Assembly: GCA_032718475.1 (NCBI GenBank)
Contig: JAUCBJ010004016.1
Location: forward strand, 1-64,000
Origin: Nemertoderma westbladi
Lineage: Eukaryota; Animalia; Xenacoelomorpha
Length of the DNA stretch: 64,000 nt
Reading direction: 5' to 3'
The notes under the pieces were generated by a model that was not told where the DNA came from, did not search any database, and saw only the letters and a program-made list of their open reading frames with translations. Position numbers and translations under genes: made by a program. The stretch's first letter is position 1. Every line of letters begins with the position of its first letter. Below, one piece after another: positions 26,530 to 37,466 of the stretch.

Positions 26530-27941
26530 CCTTATTTCTCACGCGTGTTTGTTTGTGTGTTTATTTAATTTGTACACACAACGTCTTGCATTTAATGTTG
26601 ATGGAATTAGTTGAAACTTTGATGACAGGTCCATTATCGGACCTAGTTATGTATGCAAGGTTTTTGGTTGCGAGGGACGTGCTGGTTGCCTAGCAACAGT
26701 GAAATTAATTCTAGAATTACCGATCATAATCGTAGAATTCACTCAATCAAAATTCTGTCGACACCCCATAGGGAGCATCTATTGGACATGCTTTCTGCAA
26801 AATTTCGCTTTATTTCATTTATAATTGTAGGAGAAGATACATTTCTTGCAAACAGTTTTTTTTAACATACAAAATATACTACTAATAAAGTTAATATCGA
26901 TACTAGCAATAATAATAATAAAGATAACATAGTTGCCAAGGCAACATCCTATTGGAGGTTCAATGTGGAGGTAAGTAGCAGTGTAATTGAGAGAGCTGTC
27001 TGCTCCACATTGACAACTATTGGGTTCTCATTCGTTATTTACTTATTAGGCTTCACTGCTTAAGCGCCTAATTTATTACAACGAAGTAATTGTATTTTGT
27101 ACAGACGGTACAAAACGGTCGGTACAGACGGTACCTTTTATACAGATGTTCCGTTTTGCGTTTTTCGTATTAGGCTGCCCTGCATAGGCGGGTAATTTAT
27201 TTCAACAATATTGATAGCAATGGATCCGTCCATATTGCCAGCTCTCGCTGGCAAGATTGTATACGAAATGTTTCATAATTTAGGCATAAGGGGAGCGTAT
27301 TTGGCAATGGTTCCGATAACTATTGATATTTGCAAAAATTCAACGAAATTTGCAGTAAAAGCGTTATTTCAAAACGTATAGTACAGCCACAGCCCACAGC
27401 TACCAAGGCAATGGTAACCAGATTATAAAACCTTACGCAATGGATTCTCAGATGCGGGTTTAGTGGGAATAGCAGAGTCAAGGTTGATGTAGTCTGTACG
27501 GTTAATAGACATTGTATTTTGGAAGTGGCCTGTTTCCATGGGTGAAACGGGACCTTAAATTCCCAATTGAGCTTGGCAATCCGACGGATTCAGCATACTC
27601 GATTCAACTCCAAAGCGTTGGATAAGTTTCTAGGGGCTACTCCCCCCCCCCCCCCCCCCCCCCCTCCCCTCCAAAAAATATGCCAAATGATGAAAAAATA
27701 ATAAACGCCACCAAAGTTATCCACTAAAATCGCTGCTGTCACCGGTAAGGGGGTTTGTTTCGCCACTAGACATGATTAGCACACTTATATTGGCCACCTT
27801 CACCAGAGCAGGTACCAAAATTTGGGTTTATTTCATTAATGTTGGAGCTTTATAGGAGAACACTACCGGACCGCTACTTTCCTTTCTTGTCGATTTTTTG
27901 TACTTATTATTATCAATATTAAATATTATTTATCCCTCCAG

Positions 27942-29041
27942 GCGATGAGACAACCATCAAGGCGTTACTACGCGACCGTGTTCCAGAACTCGACGCGGAA
28001 TCGCTAATAATTCCGCGGGAGTCGCCGCTAGAGGTCGTCTGGAACGGCAGCCGTATTCCGGTCCGCAACCGGAAGGCCAAGGAGTTCATATCGAACTGCG
28101 AGAAGCTCGTTGTCTCGGGGGATCTCGCCATCGATACGGTGGTAGATACCTTCGATAAACTCAGTCTGGAGGCCAAGGACGCTATGGAGAGCGTCAAAGA
28201 GGAAGGGAAGAAAGGCGAAGAGGTCAACCAGCTGGTCGAGTATCTGGGGTTCCTGCAGTTGAGTAAAACGTTAGATAGAAACGTATTGATGTGTGAGGCT
28301 TTGGAGAGAAGTGCTGGGATAGCCTCCGGAGGGGCTGGGATAGCCTCCGGAGGGGCTGGGGTCGGAGGCTCCTCCAAGAAGGCCACCAAGCCCAGCGACC
28401 TGGTCCGCATCTACGATATGATTATCCAGAATCTGAAGGACATACTGGAGAGCGTTGGTGACGGAATCCCCGATATGAGGGTCGAGACGGAACTCCGTGT
28501 GGTCGTCTACCGTGCCTTCCGTTGCTACACGATTGCCGTCGCACACAACCAGGCCAACAAGTCTAAGGAAGCCTATACATTGTTCCAACGAGCTGAGAGT
28601 CTCGCTGATGGTTGTCTTCATTCCTCGCTACGCTCGTTACCCCGTATGTCCGATCTGTTCGCTAAAGTTACCGCGTTGAAGCAATCAGCTACTTCTGAGA
28701 AGTACACTGCCTACGCTGCTACCGTTCTAGAACTGAAGACCGTAGAGCCTGTTGTAAAGTCTAAGCTACAAGACGAGTCTCTTATTGACACTTTGGAACG
28801 TTCTGATATCGATGTGGAACATCTGTTAGCGAATAATCCGCAGCCATTCGTGCAGTTCCCGCCGGAGTTTCAACCGGTTCCCTGTAAACCCTTGTTCTTC
28901 GATTTGGCTTTGAATAGCGTTCGGTTTCCAGGGTTGGAGGATAAGATGGGGGATTCTGGGGGGACGGAACAGCAACCCGGGGGGCTGGTTGGGAGGGCCA
29001 TGGGGTGGTTGTGGGGAGGGGGTGGTAAGGGGGGACAGTGA
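27942..29041 (+). CDS. SRP68: SRP68 coding exon 2 (spliced product ~589 aa)
   Basis: Acceptor tatccctccag|gc restores YNIG-DET in frame with ORF 28139-29041. Contains EVVWNGSRIPV, KPSDLVRIYDMIIQNL, YRAFRCY, FPPEFQPVPCKPLFFDLALN, and the terminal GLVGRAMGWLWG. Confidence 0.92.
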
Positions 29042-32000
29042 GAGGTGGGGGGCTGGTTGGGAGGGCCGTGGGGTGGTTGTGGGGAGGGGGCGGTAAGGGG
29101 GACAGTGAGAGGAGGGGGGCTGGTTGGGAGGGCCATGAGGTGGTTGTGGGGAGGGGGCGGTAAGGGGGGACAGTGAGAGGAGGGGGGCTGGTTGGGAGGG
29201 CCATGGGGTGGTTGTGGGGAGGGGGCGGTAAGGGGGGACAGTGAGAGGAGGGGGGCTGGTTGGGAGGGCCATGAGGTGGTTGTGGGGAGGGGGCGGTAAG
29301 GGGGGGGTGAGAGGAGGGGGGCTGGTTGGGAGGGCCGTGGGGTGTTGTGGAGAGGAGCGGTAAGGGGGGACAGTGAGAGGTGGGGGGCTGGTTGGGAGAG
29401 CCATGAGGTGGTTGTGGGGAGGGGGCGGTAAGGGGGGACAGTGAGAGGAAGGGGGCTGGTTGGGAGGGCCATGGGGTGGTTGTGGGGAGGGGGCGGTAAG
29501 GGGGGGGTGAGAGGAGGGGGGCTGGTTGGGAGGGCCGTGGGGTGTTGTGGAGAGGAGCGGTAAGGGGGGACAGTGAGAGGTGGGGGGCTGGTTGGGAGGG
29601 CCATGGGGTGGTTGTGGGGAGGGGGCGGTAAGGGGGGACAGTGAGAGGAGGGGGGCTGGTTGGGAGGGCCATGGGGTGGTTGTGGGGAGGGGGCGGTAAG
29701 GGGGGACAGTGAGAGGAGGGGGGCTGGTTGGGAGGGCCATGGGGTGGTTGTGGGGAGGGGGCGGTAAGGGGGGACAGTGAGAGGAGGGGGGCTGGTTGGG
29801 AGAGCCGTGGGGTGTTGTGGAGAGGAGCGGTAAGGGGTGACAGTGAGAGGGGGGCTGTTGGAGGGCCATGGGGTGGTTGTGGGGAGGGGGCGGTAAGGGG
29901 GGACAGTGAGAGGAGGGGGCTGTTGGGAGGGCCATGAGGTGGTTGTGGGGAGGGGGCGGTAAGGGGGGACAGTGAGAGGAGGGGGGCTGGTTGGGAGGGC
30001 CATGGGGTGGTTGTGGGGAGGGGGCGGTAAGGGGGGACAGTGAGAGGAGGGGGGCTGGTTGGGAGGGCCATGGGGTGGTTGTGGGGAGGGGGCGGTAAGG
30101 GGGGGCAGTGAGAGGAGGGGGGCTGGTTGGGAGGGCCGTGGGGTGGTTGTGGGGAGGGGGCGGTAAGGGGGGACAGTGAGAGGTGGGGGGCTGGTTGGGA
30201 GGGCCATGGGGTGGTTGTGGGGAGGGGGCGGTAAGGGGGGGCAGTGAGAGGAGGGGGGCTGGTTGGGAGGGCCATGGGGTGGTTGTGGGGAGGGGGCGGT
30301 AAGGGGGGACAGTGAGAGGAGGGGGGCTGGTTGGGAGGGCCATGGGGTGGTTGTGGGGAGGGGGCGGTAAGGGGGGACAGTGAGAGGAGGGGGGCTGGTT
30401 GGGAGGGCCATGGGGTGGTTGTGGGGAGGGGGCGGTAAGGGGGACAGTGGGAGGAGGGGGGCTGGTTGGGAGGGCCATGGGGTGGGGGCGGTAAGGGGGG
30501 GCAGTGAGAGGAGGGGGGCTGGTTGGGAGGGCGTGGGGTGTTGTGGGGATGGGCGGTAAGGGGGGACAGTGAGAGGTGGGGGGCTGGTTGGGAGGGCCGT
30601 GGTGAGGGGGCGGTAAGGGGGGGCAGTGAGAGGTGGGGGGGCTGGTTGGGAGGGCCATGGGGTGGTTGTGGGGAGGGGGCGGTAAGGGGGGACAGTGAGA
30701 GGAGTGGGGCTGGTTGGGAGGGCCATGGGGTGGTTGTGGGGAGGGGGCGGTAAGGGGGGACAGTGAGAGGTGGGGGGCTGGTTGGGAGGGCCATGGGGTG
30801 GTTGTGGGGAGGGGGCGGTAAGGGGGGACAGTGAGAGGAGGGGGGCTGGTTGGGAGGGCCATGAGGTGGTTGTGGGGAGGGGGCGGTAAGGGGGGACAGT
30901 GAGAGGAGGGGGGCTGGTTGGGAGGGCCATGGGGTGGTTGTGGGGAGGGGGCGGTAAGGGGGGACAGTGGGAGGAGGGGGGCTGGTTGTTAGGGCCGTGG
31001 GATGGTTGTGGGGAGGGGGTGGTAAGGGGGACAGTGAGAGGAGGGGGGCTGGTTGGGAAGGCCATGGGGTGGTTGTGGGGAGGGAGCGGTAAGGGGGGAC
31101 AGTGAGAGGAGGGGGGCTGGTTGGGAGAGCCATGGGGTGGTTGTGGGGAGGGGGCGGTAAGGGGGACAGTGAGAGGAGGGGGGCTGGTTGGGAGAGCCAT
31201 GGGGTGGTTGTGGGGAGGGAGCGGTAAGGGGGGACAGTGAGAGGAGGGGGCTGGTTGGGAGGGCCATGGGGTGGTTGTGGTGAGGGGGCGGTAAGGGGGA
31301 CAGTGAGAGGAGGGGGGCTGGTTGGGAGGGCCATGGGGTGGTTGTGGGGAGGGAGCGGTAAGTGGGGACAGTGAGAGGAGGGGGGCTGGTTGGGAGGGCC
31401 ATGGGGTGGTTGTGGGGAGGGGGCGGTAAGGGGGGACAGTGAGAGGAGGGGGGCTGGTTGGGAGGGCCATGGGGTGGTTGTGGGGAGGGGGCGGTAAGGG
31501 GGGACAGTGAGAGGAGGGGGGCTGGTTGGGAGGGCCATGGGGTGGTTGTGGGGAGGGGGCGGTAAGGGGGACAGTGAGAGGAGGGGGGCTGGTTGGGAGG
31601 GCCATGGGGTGGTTGTGGGGAGGGGGCGGTAAGGGGGACAGTGAGAGGAGGGGGGCTGGTTGGGAGGGCCATGGGGTGGTTGTGGGGAGGGGGCGGTAAG
31701 GGGGGACAGTGAGAGGAGGGGGGCTGGTTGGGAGAGCCATGGGGTGGTTGTGGGGAGGGGGCGGTAAGGGGGACAGTGAGAGGAGGGGGGCTGGTTGGGA
31801 GGGCCATGGGGTGGTTGTGGGGAGGGGGCGGTAAGGGGGGACAGTGAGAGGAGGGGGGCTGGTTGGGAGGGCCATGGGGTGGTTGTGGGGAGGGGGCGGT
31901 AAGGGGGACAGTGAGAGGAGGGGGGCTGGTTGGGAGGGCCATGGGGTGGTTTTGGGGGAGGGAGCGGTAATGGGGGACAGTGAGAGGAGGGGGGCTGGTT

Positions 32001-32069
32001 GGGAGGGCCGTGGGGTGGTTGTGGAGAGGGGGCGGTAAGGGGGGCAGTGAGAGGAGGGGTGGTAAGGGG
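28979..32069 (+). repeat. G-rich 68-bp tandem satellite (~45 copies) overlapping the SRP68 C-terminus and stop codon
   Basis: Unit ggggggctggttgggagggccatggggtggttgtggggagggggcggtaaggggggacagtgagagga. The first copy encodes GGLVGRAMGWLWGGGGKGGQ*. Confidence 0.95.
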
Positions 32070-32508
32070 TCGAAGGGGGCATTTTGATATTCAGTGAATA
32101 TTGTTTGGGCTGTAACTTCACCTTCACGCTGAAAGCTTTTTAATTTATTGTTCTGGAGTCCTGTAGGGTAGGTGGGTTTAATTATCTTTATAAATTGTTA
32201 AATTGTTTTACTAATTGCCTAGAAACCATGTGTGGGATAATTGTGAGGTATTTAGTGGTTATAAATAATTCCAAATTCGAATCGAATTCCAAAATCTCTA
32301 ACATTTGTTTGTTAATTCATTTGTACCAATTCCCAAAATAATTGTCTATTTTGTTGGTGTGTTTATTTTTATTTCCAGTGGTGATGGCGTTTATGATAAA
32401 ATCTGTATTGATAAGCCTACAATGATAAAGCCTACATAAAGCCTACATAAAGCCTACATAAAGCCTACATAAAGCCTACAATGAAATAGTTTTATAATGC
32501 TCTCTATC

Positions 32509-34118
32509 CAGGGATGGCATAACAAACGAAACGAAACGAAACGAAACTAAACTGATTTGGCAATAACGAAACTAAAAACTAACGTTACGAAACGAAAAAC
32601 GAAATAATTTTTTAAGTGTTTCGTTTCGTTAAATTTTTTGTTTCGTTAAATTAAAAAGTATTCAATCATTACGATATAAATTTATTAATATATTAAAATA
32701 ATTGAGAGATTATAAATAATAATTATAATGATATTCTCCTTTAATTGATTGTTGTAAACTTGTAATGTAAACAGAGTAAATTATTTCCTACAATACAGCC
32801 AACCTTTATTGCCTACCAGCTACCGGTACCATTGCAATGCAACAGCCAAGGGCGGACTACAGTAGAACAGTAATAATGAGACACGGTACGTTACGTCTGG
32901 TACCAGTAGAGTAGTGTATAAAACTCAAAAGGCGACATACCGCAAAATAGTTGGGGGGAGTCAACACCTGTATTGATAGTATTATAATATACTATTTTAT
33001 ACTATACCGGTAATGTATTGTGTACTACTTATACTACTATATCACGGTGTTGATAAGGGGACTGTTGTATTATTATTATTATTTATATGAATTTACATTA
33101 TGAATATTATATACACCAACGCAACCCATATTTTTTGTAATCGTATACACATAATGAGGTCTCAGGAATTCTTAGCCCGCAAAACAATAACGTTTATTAT
33201 TTTGGTTCCCCCAATACGCCTCTGAAACCTGCTCCTTTACGAACTCGCGGGCTAAGAATACCCGCGTGCTAAGAATACTCGCGGGCTAAGAATAATCGTG
33301 GGCTAAGAATACTCGCGGGCTAAGAATAATCGCGGGCTAAGAATACACGCGGGCTAAGAATACTCGCGGGCTAAGAATACCCGCGTGCTAAGAATAATCG
33401 TGGGCTAAGAATACCCGCGGGCTAAGAATACTCGCGGGCTAAGAATAATCGTGGGCTAAGAATACCCGCGTGCTAAGAATACTCGCGGGCTAAGAATACT
33501 CGCGGGCTAAGAATACTCGCGGGCTAAGAATAATCGTGGGCTAAGAATACCCGCGTGCTAAGAATACTCGCGGGCTAAGAATAATCGCGGGCTAAGAATA
33601 CTCGCGGGCTAAGAATAATCGCGTGCTAAGAATACCCGCGGACTAAGATTTCACCCAGCCCATAATGCCTCCCCCCAAATAATATAAACATTAACAATAT
33701 TATGACAATTAGTTAGAATGAAATTAAATTGGGTCTGTAAAAAAAAGGTTTGACAACCATCTAACAATCTATACTTCACATTAAAATCAAACAATCTATT
33801 AATTATACAACAAAATGTAACAAAATCTGACATTATCAATTGAGCTCTGCTCGGGTTCCTGCAGACTAAAATATAACAATAAAATAGAACATTGTGTATA
33901 TTGAAAACTTTTATTTGATAAAAACAAAATTTTTAGAAGAAAACTAATCCAAAAACTAATTTAAAATCTTTGAAACGAAACTAAAATTTCATAGATTGAT
34001 AAAAAACGAAATGAATCTAAACGATTAAATTTGATCGGATTTGTAAAAACGAAACAACATTTTTGAAAACGTAACGAAATTGAAATTTCTTTCGTTTCGT
34101 TTCGTTATGCCATCCCTG
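32509..34118. mobile_element. hAT-like MITE with (cgaaa)n subterminal repeats, carrying a nested element
   Basis: TIR cagggatggcataac / gttatgccatccctg. Flanks tctctatc / (g)cctctatc form an imperfect TSD. Confidence 0.78.
33158..33660. mobile_element. Second copy of the 19-bp-arm foldback-like element (inverse of 13009-14997), with one arm expanded
   Basis: ggtctcaggaattcttagccc ... ~21 x cgcgggctaagaatact ... tttcacccagcc. Shared core ggttccccaatacgcctctgaaacctgctcctttac. TSD cataatga/cataatgc. Confidence 0.85.
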
Positions 34119-34796
34119 GCCTCTATCACTAACTATTAACTTACTTTTACCCAGAGTTTGTCCATTTTTGCTGAGATGGTCAATAATTTCCATCAATTTC
34201 TGAAGTATTTGACCATAACAAATTGAGTCATAATATTTTTAAATATTAATAAATAAATACAAATAAATATATGTTAATAATACTTTACTCAAACTATTTT
34301 TTAAAGTATAATAGTAAATTGAATATTTTCGTTGAAAAGGGTCGTAAGTCCACGTACGACTAGCGGTGTTAACAAATTATTATTCAATTTTTTAAACTTG
34401 AGTTTGGCAGATTTTATTCCGCAGTTTAAATAATTTATTGTGAATTATGATTTACACAATATGTTAAATGTTTGGCCATGGGTTTAGAATGTATTTCTTG
34501 GTGATTGCCCCTGTTCGGTTTATTTCATTTTACTTGTTTTCTTATAAATAAATATTTATTGATTTCAATGTTCAGTATTCATGTTCATCACACCTGACCT
34601 GACTGGCGCGAGATCTTTAAACATTTCCGTGTAATTGTAAGGCACTGCTATCTGTTCTGCAAGAACTCGACTGTTTACTAGAAACATTGTCTCCAGAAAT
34701 TACCTAATTTCATATTTTGTTTGGTAAAGAGGCTCGAATCAGCATATACAATATTATTTATATCTAAACGATGGGTTGGGTACCTCTACCTCATAT

Positions 34797-35715
34797 ACAG
34801 GAGGGTCAAAATCGCTAAAAGTGGCCAAAACTAAACAAAAACATTAGACACGCCGTAACTTTTGACTTCCTCGATCATTTCCAATAATTTATATCTTAAA
34901 ATGACCGGCATTTTTTGGTGTTATTGAACACCATTTTTTGCAACGCTACCTTGTATTAATTTTTCAGAATATCTGCGCGAATTCGAAAAAACACAGATTT
35001 TTCAGTTTAGACACTCAATACATAAAGTTGAAAGCATTTCAATTTTGTAATGTTAACAAACCAGATACGTTGATATCTATATACCACTTGAAAGAGCATA
35101 AAATTCTGCAGAAGCTAATATATTATTTATTGTTGACCAATGTATCTAAGGTACGTCTATCAGTAAGAATAAGCATTATACATTTTTATTGTTTTTTTGT
35201 GTCCCCCCCCCCCCCCCCCTGTAATGGACCAGGGTTAACTATGATGTACAGCTCCAATCATAAAAACCTGGACTATAATATGAAAGAACCATCTTTCCCA
35301 TGTTCGCTGTCCAAATTTCAGCCAATTGCATGTTAGTATATTCATGTAGTGGTAGTTTAAAGTTATGAAGTCGGGGTGTGTCGCTTGCTTTGCCCCCCCC
35401 CCCCCCCCCCCCCCCCCTGTAATGCCACTTTAAATGTCAATAAATATTCCCAAGAAACATAAGTCTTATATTTGGTATTTTTGAAAAGGAAATTTCGCGG
35501 GCTTTTCAACTTGCCCAAACATTATAAAATATGTATAAGTTTATTGAAGTAAGAGATAAACGAAATGTCCACCCTGTAATGCCCCCCCCCCCCCCCCCCC
35601 CCCCTGTAATGCTCCTATACTCTCCTATACTATTTCTAGTCTGAAATCGAAAACATTTTGACGAAAATCCCATCTTAAGTTTGGCCACTTTTAGTGATTT
35701 TGACCCAGGAGTATG
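34797..35715. mobile_element. MITE-like element with ~30-bp inverted termini
   Basis: gggtcaaaatcgctaaaagtggccaaaact versus agtttggccacttttagtgattttgaccc. Outermost bases diverged. Confidence 0.65.
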
Positions 35716-36128
35716 GCAGTTAGTTCTTAGTCAATCTGTCAGAACACATTCTTTAAGAAGCGACAAATAGTGAATTATAATGAAATGTGAACTGTAACTT
35801 ATAATATATCTGCGCGCGTGTTGTGCTAACAATATCTGTACGTTGACACTTGAGGTTAATGTTAATAGCCTTAAAACATAGTTCCCAGTCGGAATTAACA
35901 AACGAATTAAAAAACAGTTTTTGCTCCCGAACAAATATTTCTGCCTTTTTCTAGTAAAAAAAAATAAAAAAAATAAACGCGTAGACATATTCAACGAATT
36001 ATTATGCTGACTGATGATGCGGGCTTCAGGGGGGGGGGGGGGGGGGGGTCGGTCCCATTTCGGAAAGGGAAAGGATCTATCCTTTCCCATGAGGGAAAGG
36101 ATCAGTCTACAATGGCACATTATTCCTA

Positions 36129-36203
36129 CCAAAACAATAAACGATAGTCAATAGAACAGGTTACAGTTTTATTTTTGGGAGTAATCAGCTGTTATTTGCG
36201 TCG
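36129..36203 (+). repeat. Dispersed repeat fragment, second copy at ~58527-58603
   Basis: ccaaaacaataaac...aatagaacaggttacagttttatttttt..ggagtaatcagctgttatttgcgtcg at both sites. Confidence 0.75.
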
Positions 36204-37466
36204 CTGTTGTAATTCCATCCATGAATTTGTAGGAAATATGTCGAATCTCTATTCCCGAAACATCTTTTAGAAATCTGTTGAAAACCAATCTTTTATAATA
36301 AATAAATAATTTTTTCGGCTGCTGTTCGTTTATTCACAATAAACCTACAGCACACCGTATATAAGAGGAGTATTAGTGACACCTACTGTTTAAGCTGTAG
36401 TAATAATGGTGCACATTGACCCCAAGTAAAAAAATTATCCTCGGCGCAAATGGGACACATATGAAATAAAGTTTTGTTTATTGGTTTGGTTATAAAACAC
36501 CGCCACTGCAACCTGTTCCTCATCTGCAATGCTTTCAATTAAATGAATTTTATAAAGCCACATAACACCTATGTAGTTGGTGTTTGCAAACGTTTTAAGC
36601 CATTAAATCAGTAAGATACCCTTCAAAATGATTTAGATGATATTATTTGTGTCGCCCCTCGGCCCCTGGTGTAGTGTAGTGTAAGCACTAAGATCTTTGT
36701 GCGAGGTAATAGGTCGAACAATCTCAGTTCAATGAATAAATTGCTTAATTAATAGCGCTTACTTAGTATTCTGTTGTACTAACTTCCCTCAGGTCTTCCC
36801 AACCCAATTATTATCTCTTAATATTCCCAAACAATCGAACCCAATGGTGTTGAACTAATTATTATTAGAGTTACCGAGCTAACCATGTTGGTTTATGGTT
36901 GGGATTACGCCCATTCAACCTATTAATCTACTAAGAGGATTTGGCACCCCCATATACTGTAATTATGTAAAATGTTACCCCAGCGTGGTTACAGGGTCTC
37001 TCAGCAACTCTCAAACTACATAAATATATCGCTACATAATGTATTACATACATTGTGTTTACGTTGTTAGGAAATTATAAAAAGTTTATATTTGTGTTAA
37101 CGAAATAATTTTCAGTTTTATTTCCAATGAAAAAAAATCAAAATGATCCATCAATTCTTTAAAATTATGTTCCTAGTACTTCCTTAATATATAGTACAAG
37201 TGTAGCACTTACTATTGTAGCAATCGAGTACTATTGTAGCTCTAGAATAACACAAGATGTAGCATGAGCTACACTATTGCCTACAACATGTACTGGGAGA
37301 GTACTAGACTAGTAGTTTTTACGTGGTAGGCCTATCTACTCAATGTCTAATATTAATTATTCATATTTCAAAACTCTCACGCTACACTAGTACTCGAGTG
37401 CTACAATACTATAGAGTGTTATACTAGTACTAGAGTGTACCACTATTACTGGAGTGTTACACTAGT

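Noticed and set aside
27919-28679. Antisense or alternative-frame ORFs over SRP68 exon 2
   Set aside because: Shadow ORFs of a GC-rich coding exon with no recognisable motifs.
28782-32127. Extensin/mucin-like Pro-rich ORFs on the minus strand
   Set aside because: C-rich complement of the 68-bp satellite. All three frames give the same cycling peptide and overlap SRP68 antisense.
36011-36030. ctgatga as a hammerhead core (also at ~47775)
   Set aside because: No stem II followed by GAAA and no cleavage-site helix.
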